64,000 nt of DNA from Squalus acanthias. Its lineage: Eukaryota. The notes beneath the pieces were generated by a model. The model was not told the DNA's origin. It ran no database searches and saw only the letters and a list, made by a program, of their open reading frames with translations. Position numbers and translations under genes: made by a program. Shown piece after piece: positions 13,465-24,909 of this stretch (position 1 is the stretch's first letter; each line of letters opens with the position of its first letter). Location of the stretch: positions 63,490,001-63,554,000 of the forward strand of contig CM059432.1 in the NCBI GenBank assembly GCA_030390025.1. The letters are read 5' to 3'.

Positions 13465-14718
13465 CTAAGCAAATCTGGCCAAGGTGAGTGCGTTCCTTGC
13501 ATTCCGGGCAGCTATGGTCTCGCGTAATGCTGCCGCTGGTTGAGGGGCCTCTGCAAGTTGTTCATTCTCTCTCTCCTCCTCCTCCTCCTCCTCCTCCTCC
13601 TCATCTGAGGAGGCTATGTGAGGAGCCACTTGGTCCTCCGGCATCTGTAAGCCACGATGCTGTGCCATGTTGTGAAGTGCACAGCAAACCACGACGATTC
13701 TGGAGACCCTGGCTGCTGAGTATTGCAGGGCTCCACCTGATCTATCCAGGCATCTGAAGCGCATCTTCAGCATACCGATGGTTTGCTCGATTATGGCTCT
13801 GGTGGAAATGTGGCTGGAGTTGTAGCTCTCCTCAGCTGCGTATGATGGGCTCCTCAACGGCGTCATTAGCCACGTCTTCAGGGGATAGCTCTTGTCTCCA
13901 AGTAGCCATCCGTGAAGTTGGTCTGGCGGACTGAATAGCGGAGGCACACTAGACTGGTGCAGTATGAAGGAGTCATGGCAACTGCCAGGGTACTTGGCAC
14001 AAACCTGCAGAACTTCCTTGTTGTGGTCACACACTAGCTGAACGTTGAGGGAGTGGAAGCCCTTGCGGTTGACAAAAATACCTGGATTGCGATGGGGTGC
14101 CTTAAGGGCCACATGTGTGCAGTCAACGACGCCCTGCAGCCTTGGAAAGCCTGCCAGATTAGCTAATCCAACCGCACGCGCCGTGACACTTGCTCGATCC
14201 TTGGTGAAATGGATGTGATTGTGCGCGATGGCAAAGAGGGCATCGGTTACCTGTGTGATGCAGGTGTGTGCGGCCGCCTGGGAGATGCCGCAGATGTCTG
14301 CTGCTGATCCCTGGAATGAGCCTGAGGCAAAAAAGTTGAGTGCGGTGGTGACTTTGACGGCCACTGGTAAGGGGCGTCCACCTGGTCCTCTGGGCTCCAG
14401 GTCTTGTTGCAGCATTGCACAGATGTCACCCACTACCTCTCGCGAAAGTCGGAGCCGCCTTTGGCACTGCTGCTCAGACATGTTGAGGTAGCTGACCCTC
14501 TGTCTGTAGACCGTGTTTGGGGGGTATCTCCTGCGCCGATGGCCTTCCATGCGCTGGCCCCTTCTGTCCTGTGCAGCTTCAGGTGGGTGAGCAGCAGCTT
14601 GGCGCTGCTGCTGTTGGTGGTGCTGTTGGTGCTGCTGTTGTTCATGGTTCTGCTGGTGTCGCGGCTGTTGTTCATCCTCATCGGATACCCAGGAGGGAAG
14701 GAAATAAATGGCTCCCAT
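13465..14718 (-). CDS. Harbinger (HARBI1/IS5-like, DDE_Tnp_4) transposase, 417 aa from the first ATG (open frame extends to 14754)
   Basis: Uninterrupted ORF with an HTH-like region ([10 protein letters not shown]) and catalytic motifs [38 protein letters not shown] and [15 protein letters not shown]. Confidence 0.93.
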   Translation of the reverse strand: MGAIYFLPSWVSDEDEQQPRHQQNHEQQQHQQHHQQQQRQAAAHPPEAAQDRRGQRMEGHRRRRYPPNTVYRQRVSYLNMSEQQCQRRLRLSREVVGDICAMLQQDLEPRGPGGRPLPVAVKVTTALNFFASGSFQGSAADICGISQAAAHTCITQVTDALFAIAHNHIHFTKDRASVTARAVGLANLAGFPRLQGVVDCTHVALKAPHRNPGIFVNRKGFHSLNVQLVCDHNKEVLQVCAKYPGSCHDSFILHQSSVPPLFSPPDQLHGWLLGDKSYPLKTWLMTPLRSPSYAAEESYNSSHISTRAIIEQTIGMLKMRFRCLDRSGGALQYSAARVSRIVVVCCALHNMAQHRGLQMPEDQVAPHIASSDEEEEEEEEEERENEQLAEAPQPAAALRETIAARNARNALTLARFA

Positions 14719-15254
14719 GCCTCTGGTATATGTCTCAGTTGAGGAAGCCCTCAATGAGGGTGGTGAGAGGGGGTTCCCAGGAGGTCACACTGCAGATGGG
14801 TGTGAGGCTCCAAACTTCCAGAGCTGTGGTTATGCCTTCTAAAAGTTCCCCCAGACCTGTTACAACAAAGTCCTGCCACCTGCAATTGATGGCTGATCAA
14901 ATCTCCTATTTAAAGGTTGAGCTGCAGCTGATAGTCAGCAATCCACTTGTGCCCCCGCCAGGTTTCACTGGAGTGTTTCACATCAGGCGTGCTTCACGTG
15001 GGAAAAGGGTTAAACTACCTAAAATGCTTCAAAATGGCATTACTGAGCCACTTTAGGGATTGTTAAGGGCTTTAATGGCCTCACGCGCCTCTTGGAGGTG
15101 GGACGGAGTCGGGAACCCCGCGACCGATTTTGTCAAAATTGCGAGGAGGCGGGTTGGAGTCGGGATGTGATCGGGACCCCCGAATATGCTACTTTAACCC
15201 CCCACACGCCTCCAAACCCGACTCCATGGGTCATTCAAAATCCAGCCCTTAGGA

Positions 15255-16050
15255 TAACTCTCCAGGTTGTCTTGGCAGACGCGTCAGATGCTTTGGAGAG
15301 CCATCGAAGCAATCAGAAAGAAATAGGCAATATTTTGCTCTTGTGAGAAATATGTCGAGCTTACTACAAGATCACAGAATGTTGTGAGGGCCACACAGTT
15401 ATTGTTGATTTTTGTAAGGTATTTAACGGTGCCTCGTTGTCCTTGTGGAAGCTATTGGAGTATAAGACCAATATTTGGATTTTGTCCGGAATGTGGACGC
15501 CAGCCTCCAAACCCTATGTAAGGAGACTGCCTGAACCTATGGGGAAACTTTTCGTCTCCATTGCATTGGAACAGATTGCCTGAATGTTGTAGAGCCCATC
15601 TGATTTTTGTTCCATGGTGGGTTCTGCAACAAATTGGAGATCTGCCCCACCAGATTACTGCCCAGGTGGTGAAGATGAAAATGCACCTCAATATCTCGCA
15701 AAGGAAGAGTGAGACAAAGTTCTCCACTGTCATCAATATTATTCGATGTCTTCATCAACAGTGTGTTGGACAACTTCATAAAGGATGGCCTTAGTGTGTC
15801 TGTTCTGGGCATTTCTGAAATGTGCTCCTTTTCACGGTGATATTTTGTTGTTGTCGGATCACCTGGGGATCGACTACCATTTTTGGCTTTACAAAATTAA
15901 AGTAATCTGCAAAATGCTGCAAAGTGTACCAAACAAGAGGCATAAATCAATTTTTTGGGTGGCATGCCTTCAGAACCCTCTAGGAAATGTGTTTTACACC
16001 ATTACTGCTCACTCTACAATTCAAAACTTTCTAAATCTCCCACTGTAAAG
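15255..16050 (+). pseudogene. Very old, degraded non-LTR RT remnant (family unresolved)
   Basis: Manual translation gives VDFCKVFN near 15403 (cf. VDFxKAFD) and GRVRQSSPLSSILFDVFINSVLD at about 15703-15772 (cf. GVRQGxPLSPxLFxxFIN). Confidence 0.55.
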
Positions 16051-17090
16051 CTGCACTATGGTGTATTTTACTTATTCCCTATAAACAACTGATTGAATAT
16101 TAGGTATAGCTGCAGCTTAAATCATGACGTTGATTGAATATTAGGTATAGTTCAGCATAAATCATGACAAGTTAATGTCCCACCGCACTCCCATTGTATC
16201 TACGTCTTTCCATATGTCATACGTGAAGTCATTGGGTTTCAGTTTTTGCAAAAAGACAACTTGGATTGCAGAATTAATAATAAAATCCTGAAATCCAATG
16301 TATTAAAAAGGAATTTATTTTTTCAGTACCTTTTATTAATGCTATTTTGGAGTTGTACATTGCTTTCGGTACAATTCTTTGAAGATTTGTCAACTTTTTC
16401 GAGTTTTGCGGGTTGCCATGTATGGTTTCCACACCCTGAACCTGGATAACAATGAGTGGCTCATCAGCTTCCACCTTATGCTCCTCCTGGCCACTTGTCC
16501 TCTATGGATCACCTTATACAATCCCCTAAGGCTCACTAACTACGTGTTCCCAGGTGGGTGTCTCAAGGCTGGTGCTTGTGGGGGGGGGAGACAGTGAATT
16601 GTGATATATATGGAGAAGGGCTGTGAGTGCACAAAACAAGAGGGATATACATGGGTAGATGAGCACCACAGTGAACAATAACACTACCCGACTAACCACA
16701 GGTTTGAATAAGGCATCTCCAAATTTTAGTTTAATTGTACACAAACAACATTTAATCCAAACCAAGCTAAATTCTAAGTGAAATGTTATCTATATTTTTC
16801 AGTAAGGTTCTGTGATCCTCTAAAAGTAATTTGCATGATTATTTAACAATAAACATGCTAAAATGGTACAAAACAAAGCTCATTATTACAGACTCAAAGG
16901 TCTCAATGAAATGATTATTTTCATATTTCTATTGAAGTTGGGACTCCTCCGCACACTGCACTGCATGGCTGGGGGAAGGATTTGCCATGATACTGAGAGA
17001 TTTGTAATAACACATGGTAGTACTGCAATAAAATTAGGGTTTTTATTACCTTTAAATAACAAATATTCCATTTGCTGTATTCCATTTAAC

Positions 17091-17415
17091 GGGAACGGTA
17101 GCATACTGGTTGTGTTACTGGACTAGTAATCCAGAGGCCTAGACTAATGATCCAGAGACGTGAGTTCAAATCCCACCCCGGCAGCTGGGGAATTTAAATT
17201 CAGTTAATTAAATAAATCTGGAATAAAAAGCTAGTATCAGTAATGGTGACCATGAAACTATCGGATTGTCGTAAAAACCCATCTGGTTCACTAATGCCCT
17301 TTAGAGAAGGAAATCTGCCGTCCTTACCTGGTCTGGCCTATATGTGACTCCAGACCCACAGCAATGCGGTTGACTCTTCACTGCCCTCTGAAACGGCCTA
17401 GCAAGCCATTCAGTT
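17091..17415 (+). promoter_or_regulatory. tRNA-derived Pol III internal promoter and SINE-like body at the 5' end of the LINE
   Basis: A-box-like TAGCATACTGG at 17099-17109 and B-box GTTCAAATCC at 17164-17173. Confidence 0.7.
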
Positions 17416-17980
17416 GTAACAAACTGCTACGAAAACCAATAATAAGAATAAAACCGGACGGACCACTTGGCATCAACCTCGGCATCAGCTACAGACACGA
17501 CAAAGGCACATCCAGCCCAGTCGACCCTGCAAAAACCTCCTTGCTAACATCTGGGGACTTGTGCCAAAATTGGGAGAGCTAGTCAAGCAACAGCCTGACA
17601 TAGTCATACTCACAGAATCATACCTTTCAGCCAATGTCCCAGACTCCTCCATCACCATCCCTGGGTATGTCCTGTCCCACCGGCAGGACAAACCCACCAG
17701 GGGTGGTGTCACAGTGGTATACAGTTGGGAAGGACATTGACTCTGGACCCCATGAAGTCTCATGGCTTCAGGTCAAGCATGGGCAAGGAAACCTCCTGCT
17801 GATTAGTACCTACCGCCTGCCCTCAGCTGATGAATCAGTACTCCACCATGTTGAACACAACTTGGAAGAAGCACTGAGATAGCAAGGGCACAGAATGTAC
17901 TCTGGGTGGGGGACATCAATGTCCATCGCCAAGAGTGGCTCGGTAGCACCACTACTGACCGAGCTGGCCAAGTCCTGAAG

Positions 17981-18183
17981 TTGAGAGGTCGCACAACACC
18001 AGGTTATAGTCCAACAGTTTTATTTGAAATCACAAGCTTTCGGAACTATCGCTCCTTCCTCACCTGAGGAAGGAGCGATAGTTCCGAAAGCTTGTGATTT
18101 CAAATAAAACTGTTGGACTATAACCTGGTGTTGTGCGACCTCTCAATTTTGTCCACCCCAGTCCAACACCGGCATCTCCGCAT
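17981..18183. mobile_element. Penelope-like terminal fragment: perfect palindrome with a minimal hammerhead-like motif
   Basis: Arms 17981-18062 and 18065-18146 are exact reverse complements. TSD CAAGTCCTGAAG at 17969-17980 and 18184-18195. Core CTGAGGA..GGAGC-gata-GTTCC-GAAA. Confidence 0.8.
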
Positions 18184-20497
18184 CAAGTCCTGAAGGACAT
18201 AGCTGCCAGGCTGGGCCTGCGACAGGTGGTGAGAGAACCAACACAAGGGAAAAACCTACTTAACCTCACCAATCTACCTGTCGCAGATGCATCTGTCAAT
18301 GACAGCATTGGTAGTAGTGACCACCGCACAGACATTGTGGAGACGAGGTCCCGTCTTCACACTGAGGACACCCTCCATTGTGCTGTGTGGCAATACCACC
18401 GTGCTAAATGGGATAGATTCAGAACAGATCTAGAAGCTCAAAACAGGACATCGATGAGGGCCATCAGCAGCAGCAGAATTGTATTCCACCACAATCTGTA
18501 ACCTCATGGCCCGGCATATCTCTCGCTCTACCATTACCATCAAGCCAGGGCACCAACCCTGGTTCAATAAGGAGTGTAGAAGAGCATGCAAGGAGCAGCA
18601 CCAGGTGTACCTAAAAATATGGTGCCAACCTGGGGAAGCTGCAACACATGCTAAAAAGCAGAAGCAGCATGCTATAGACAGGGCTAAGCAATCCCACAAT
18701 CAACGGATCAGATCAAAGCTCTGCAGTCCTGCCACATCCAGTCGTGAATGGTGGTGGACCATTAAACAACTAATGGGAGGAGAGGCTCCATGAATATCCC
18801 CATCCTCAATGATAGTGGAGCCCAGCACGTGAGTGCAAAAGACAAGGCTGAAGCGTTTGCAACCATCTTCAGCCAGAAGTGCCGAGTGGATGATCCATAT
18901 CGGCCTCCTTCTGAGGATCCCACCATCAGAGAAGCCAGCCTTCAGCCAATTCGATTCACTCCACGTGATATCAAGAAATGGCTGAGCGCACTGGATACAA
19001 GAAAGGCTTTGGGCCCCAACAACCTCCCGGCTGTCGCGCTGAAGACTTGTGCTCCAGAACTAGCCGCGCCTCTAGCCAAGCTGTTCCAGTACAGCTACAA
19101 CACTGGCATCTATCCGACAATGTGGAAAACTGCCCAGGTATGTCCTGTTCACAAAAAGCAGGACAAATCCAGTCCGGCCAATTACCACCCCATCAACCTA
19201 CTCTCAATAATCAACAAAGTGATGGAAGGTGTCGGCGACAGTGCTATCAAGCGGCACTTACTCACCAATAACCTGATCACTGATGCCCAGTTTGGGTTCC
19301 GCCAGGACCACTCGGCTCCCGACCTCATTACAGCCTTGGGCCAAACATGGACAAAGGAGCTGAATTCCAGATGTGAGGTGAGAGTGACTGCCCTTGACAT
19401 CAAGGCAGCATTTGACTGAGTGTGGCATGAAGGAGCCCTAGTAAAACTGAAGTCAATGGGAATCGGGGGGAAAACTCTCCACTGGCTGGAGTCATACCTC
19501 ACAGAAAGGAAGATGCTTGTGGTGTTTGGAGGTCAATCATCACAGCCCCAGGACATTGCTGCAGGAGTTCCTCAGGGCAGTGTCCTCGGCCCAACCACCT
19601 TCAACTGCTTCATCAATGACCTTCCCTCCAACATAAGGTCAGAAATGGAGATGTTCGTTGATGACTGCACAGTGTTCAGTGCCATTCGCAACTCCTCAGA
19701 TAATGAAGCAGTCCATGCCCGCATGCAACAAGACCTGGAGGACATTCAGGCTTGGGCTGATAAATGGCAGGTACCATTCGCACTACACAAGTGCCAGGCA
19801 ATGACTATCTCCAACAAGCGAGAGTCTAACCACCTCCCTTTGACATTCAACGGTATTACCATCGCCGAATCCCCCACTATCAACATCCTGGGGGGTCAGC
19901 ATTGACCAGAAACTTAACTGGACCAGCCACATAAATACTATAGCAACAAGAGCAGGTCAGAGGCTAGGTATTCTGTTGTGAGTGTCTCACCTCCTGACTC
20001 CCCAAAGCCTTTCCACCATCTACAAGACACAAATAAGGAGTGTGATGGAATACTCTCCACTTGCCTGGATGAGTGCAGCTCCAACAACACTCAAGAAGCT
20101 CGACACCATCCAGGACAAAGCAGCCCGCTTGATTGGCACCTCATCCACCACCTTAAACATACACTCCCTCCACCACCGGCGCACCGTGGCTACAGTGTGT
20201 ACCATCTACAAGAGGCACTGCAGCAACTCACCAAGGCTTCTTCGGCAGCACCTCCCAAACCCGTGACCTCTAGCACCGAGAAGGACAAGGGCAGCAGGTG
20301 CATGGGAACACCACCACCTCCAAGTTCCCCTCCAAGTCACACACCATCCTGACTTGGAAGTATATTGCCGTTCCTTCATCGTCGCTGGGTCAAAATCCTG
20401 GAACTCCCTACCTAACAGCACTGTGGGAGTACCTTCACCACACGGACTGCAGCGGTTCAAGAAGGCGGTTCACCACCACTTTCTCAAGGGCAATTAG

Positions 20498-22041
20498 GCC
20501 GGCATGTGGAGAGGGTTCTCGGCGGCTCATCACTTTTTCAACTATTTCCTAGTCTACTTTCTTCTTCTGCATAACTCTATTAGGGGACAATAGCTTGCTT
20601 TGTATTTTTTTTTAACCAATCAGACCGTGATCAGCATTATTATCAATAAAACTCCTGGGGGGAGAAATTCAGTATCGCCCCATTTGGGGCGCAATTATCA
20701 GCCGGGCGCAAAGATTAGCGCCTGGTGCTAATTATCGCCACCGACTGCAAACTTGACTTCTATCGCCCCTGGAGGTGATTGCAGCGCTAAATCAGGCGCT
20801 TCACACCTGTCTTAAGACGCAAAGGCCGAGGAGCGAGGCGCTACCTCAGAGCGCTGGCGAAGCTCATGTAATGTCAGTCAGCAATGGAACACACACACAA
20901 TGGCACAGGCCAGTTCTTAAAGGGGATGGTTAATCTTGCTTTCCATCCACATCCTGCTCATTGCAGCCTTGAATCTCGGCCTGGAGAGACCTTCACATCA
21001 AATGTGCTGGAAAGAACAATGGAGAGTACCAGGCAAAGAGCTCAGAGTGCAGCCCCCACAATCTCTGCTAAATCGATACAAGGAATGGCAAATCAAAATG
21101 AACCTGCAAAGTGCTGCTCAGTACCCAAAACTCCTTCACACAACGTTGAATCTCTCCAGAAGTCTCTCCCTCTCTCTCTCAGAATGCGTAATTCAAAAAT
21201 GGCACCAACAATAAAAGGCAGGAAGTGGTCACCTTTAAATAGCGCTCCCCCTTTCCCTTCATGACTGCAGAACGCTCCCCTCAACCTGTCGTTGCTAGCG
21301 TCAGGCGGTAAGGCAGGGGGCGCCACTCAATATCCGCTCCGGGGCGATACCGGGGCGTTGCGCACTCGAGTGACGTCATGATCTGCCGGCGCAGAAGATT
21401 GTGGCGGTAGTGTTTAGCGCCGCCGTAAAATGTCTAGTTAATTTCGTGAGCGGCGCAAACTTCGCCGCACCTGGGCGCCAGATGCTTTGCGCCCCATTAG
21501 CGCCCTCTTAAGGCGCTAATGGGAGGCGCAACCAACTGAATTTTTCCCCCCTGGAATCCCATGTGATTAAAACTAATTTTGAGATTTTCTGTTGTCATAA
21601 ACCATTGGTCCTTTCCATTTGTTATTGAAGTAATGCTGGTAATATTATCATAATATAACTGATAATAAAGCTGATCCTAGCCCAGTATTCACATATGTGC
21701 ATTTCTAGGAAGTGTCAGTGGATAGCAATCAGGAGCAATAACCCTGCACGATTTTCCTCTTTCCTCACTAACACAGTGGCACTTAAGGCCAATTGTTGCT
21801 CTTTATCACCTGACTGAGATTAACAAATTCAGTACAGATCAGGGATTGGAATGTTCACGGCCTGTATGGCTCAGTGGGGAGCTCCAAATGTATGATGATT
21901 GGCTGCATTTTGTTAATTATTGGTTAAAAAAAAATACAAAGTAAGTTATTGTCCCCTAATAGAGTTATGCAGAAGAAGAAAGTAGACTAGGAAATAATTG
22001 AAAAAGTGATGACCCGCCGAGAACCCTCTCCACATGCCGGC
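20498..22041. repeat. Pair of ~123-bp inverted repeats (20498-20620 and 21919-22041)
   Basis: GCCGGCATGTGGAGAGGGTTCTCGGCGG...TTAACCAAT matches the reverse complement of ATTGGTTAA...GAACCCTCTCCACATGCCGGC, with a few mismatches. Confidence 0.9.
20658..21550. mobile_element. Harbinger-type non-autonomous element (CpG-rich, GGCGC/GCGCC-rich subtermini)
   Basis: TIRs GGGGGAGAAATTCAGT / ACTGAATTTTTCCCCC; CTG TSD at 20655-20657 and 21551-21553. Confidence 0.85.
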
Positions 22042-22509
22042 AAAGGCCATCGGGAGACTGAATGTAGCTATGAGATGTGTATGTAGCTTTTATTTGAAAC
22101 CTAATTCTAAAACACTATGCCCACAACTCTAAACTCCATAGTGGTGATGAATTTATAAAACTAGAGAAATAAATATTTGTTATTTGAGTGTTCAGAAGTG
22201 AATTTATCAAATATCACCAGAAAGATTGAGAGGTTCATATAAGTGCTTTAGAGCCCCTGGGACAACTCATACTTTCAGGAATCCAAGGAAACCATTATGT
22301 GCAATCATGGTCTACTGTGAAATATTCCCAGCTGCCTCTCAAAGTTAGTATCCCCTGAGGTCACATTATTTAAAATAATTAAAATGTTAATTAACTTGCA
22401 CATCTTGTTTGGCTAGGGTTTTTCCTGCGGTATTAAATTCCTTTGACAGTTTTTGTATTTCAGGCTAAGGAAACATTGTTATCCGAGAGCTCCTAATGGA
22501 ATTTACATT

Positions 22510-23332
22510 TTGTATTTAATCATTCTTCGGAATCTGGGTGTCACTGCCAAGGCTGGCAGTTATTTCCCATCCTTATTTGCCCTTGAGAAGGTGGTGATCG
22601 GCCTTCTTCTTGAACCGCTGCAGTCCATGTAGTGTTGGTAATCCCACAATGCTGATAGGTAGGGAGTTACAGGATTTTGACCCAGTGACAATGAAGGAAC
22701 AGCGATATATTTTCAAGTCAAGATGTTGTGTAACTAGGAAGGGAACTTGGAGGTGATGGTGCTCCCATGCACCTACTGGCCTTGTCCTTCTGAATGGTGG
22801 AGGTTGTAGGTTTTGGAGGTGCTGCCGAAGAAGCTTTGGTGAATTGCTTCTGTGCATCCCGTAGATAGTACGCACTGTGGACATGGTATGCCGGTTGTGC
22901 AGGGGGTGGATGTTTAAGTTTGTGGTTGTTTAAGTTTCTGGATGGGATGCTGATCAAATGGACTGCTTTGTCCTGGATGGTATCGAGCTTCTAGAGTGTT
23001 GTGGCAGCTGAACCCATCCAGGCAAGTGGAGAGTATTCCATCATACACCTACTTGTAGCTGGTGGTGAGGTTTTGGGGAGTCAGGAGGTGAGCCACTTGC
23101 TGCAGAATATGCAGCCTCTGACCTGCTCTAGTAGCCAAGGCATTTATGTGGCTATTCCAGTTGAGTTTCTGGTCAATGGTGACCCCCCCCAGGATGTTGA
23201 TGGTGGGTGATTCGGCGATAGTAATGCCATTGAATGTCAAGGGGAGGTGATTAAGCTCTCTCTTGTTGGAGATGGAACTTGTGTGGCACGAATTTTACTT
23301 GCCACATATCAGCTCAAGCCTGAATGTTGTCT
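22510..23332 (-). mobile_element. Degraded 3' fragment of the same LINE family as 17091-20497
   Basis: ORF 23049..23240 reads TFNGITIAESPTINILG..TIDQKLNW; the reverse-complement tail lies near 22520-22590. Confidence 0.85.
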
Positions 23333-23334
23333 AT

Positions 23335-24909
23335 CCCAGGTGAGAGGCTCATGCTGTCCTTTCTCAGGATGACCACATGCCTGTTCTCCTGTCACCTCTG
23401 ATCCAGTGTCTTTATTAGTCCCACACACCCAGCTGGCCCAGACTGCCTCGGTCTATGCCGAGATGCTGCAGTCTGCAGTCGGACTCTAATGGCCCAGAGC
23501 TGCTCAAGTTCGCCTGCCATGGCCATAAAATGCCTTCAGTGGATGATCAGCAACTCCCCACCTCTCAGGCTCCTGTGATAGGAGAAATACTTCGTAGGAG
23601 CACTATAATAGGTCAATGACCACAGAGGCCAGGCAAAAAGGGATTGCACTAGGGTGATTTAATTTCAAAATGAAGAGGAGGGAAAAGTTGTAAAATAAAC
23701 AATGTGCATTGATGTGAAGTAGACAGTTTTTATTTGCTTTGCTTTGTTGTTGGTCTTAATATTCATAGTTATGTAGGAGGAACACCAATGAGGTAGGAGT
23801 GTTAGAGGGCATTCAGAAAGTTGGTGAAAGGAGTGGATCAAATGGTGGGACTGTTGGTGGGTTGGGGGAGGGTTTGCTTAGGAGAATCTCTCCTCAATAA
23901 TATGCTGCCTTACAATTCTGGCAGCTGGTTGTACTGCTCTGCCTGCTCTTCCTCAGCATCTTCTTCTTCCTCATCCCCTTCTTCATCTTGCTCCTACACT
24001 TCTTCCTCCTGTGGCAGCTGCAAGGCTTGGTCCCTCTGAATGGCATAGTTGCATGGCATGCAGAAAACCACTACAATGAGAGCTCTGGTTTGTGTGTGGC
24101 TCTCATAGCATTGACTGATTGATGTTGCTGATGTCACCTGTTGCAGCCTTGAATAATCCTGTAGTATAGAAGATGAGAGCCACCGAAACCTTCATAGCAA
24201 CAGGTTTGTGGTCCAGTGTTTGTGGTCCAGTGTTTGGTGCAATTCCTGCTGCAACAGGTGACATAGGTCACAGGTGATGCGCAGCCTCCTCACATACTGC
24301 TCCTCTGGCGTGTTGAGGTACGACATCTTGTTCTGGAAGACCTGCACTCTGTAATTCCTCCTTTGCCATCTCTTCTTTGACCATGCACAGGTCTGTGCTG
24401 CTGTGCCTGCTGACTCAATGGTAATCCCAGCAACATTCCCATCTTTTCTGGGCCTCCTGCTGCCAATGGAGTCAAACAGTGCAGCTGCAGCCAAAAGTCA
24501 GAAGTCCAACTTCTCTGTAATCTGAGCTACATGCCTTTAAAAATCACCAGTAGCCAAAAACAACTTTTTAGGTACTTACCTTAATGATGGTGGGGACTCC
24601 TTTTTAATGGCACTGCTTCAGTCAGCTTCCTGAATACTGGTGCAATGTTTTTCTGGGTGCATATAAGAAAATGTGAATGAAAGGCTCCCAGGCACCAATT
24701 TAATAAAGAGATCCTAATTCAAGCACGGGACCGCTATTAACATACTTTAATGAGGCCAGCGTGGCAGACGCCTAATATCTGGCTTTACCAATATGGCGGT
24801 GGCTACCTTTTGTGTGCACTTTCAGCATGACGTCTGACTATGAAATTTGTAAATCCAAAGGTGAATTCATGCTCTAAATGTCAGCAGGTCTGAAAGGAAT
24901 TTCTACCCC
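23335..24909. mobile_element. Decayed, internally deleted Harbinger (Myb-gene 3' end on +, transposase remnants on -)
   Basis: The minus strand gives RVQVFQNKMSYLNTPEEQYVRRLR (cf. [21 protein letters not shown]) plus an acidic tail; TIR-like end GAATTTCTACCCC. Confidence 0.65.

Larger units (their letters stand above)
11007..15248. mobile_element. Full-length autonomous PIF/Harbinger DNA transposon
   Basis: Perfect 13-bp TIRs GGGCTGGATTTTG (11007-11019) / CAAAATCCAGCCC (15236-15248); TTA TSD at 11004-11006 and 15249-15251; two convergent genes. Confidence 0.95.
17091..20497 (+). mobile_element. Near full-length single-ORF APE-RT LINE with a tRNA-derived 5' head; 3' tail truncated; frameshifted
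   Basis: The APE domain starts near 17540 (NIWGLVPK..QPDIVILTES; later GDIN and SSDH). RT motifs are [24 protein letters not shown] and FVDD. It is colinear with 1-1175 and 22510-23332. Confidence 0.88.

Noticed and set aside
13465..14718. Host domesticated HARBI1 or NAIF1/MSANTD genes
   Set aside because: Enclosed by TIRs and a TSD, so it is a transposon; no gene symbols assigned.
16090..16168. 41-bp tandem duplication
   Set aside because: Ordinary two-copy slippage duplication.
17091..17180. Functional tRNA genes here and at 47140-47215 and 49114-49180
   Set aside because: A/B boxes are present, but I found no convincing cloverleaf or T-run terminator; each continues into a SINE or LINE body.
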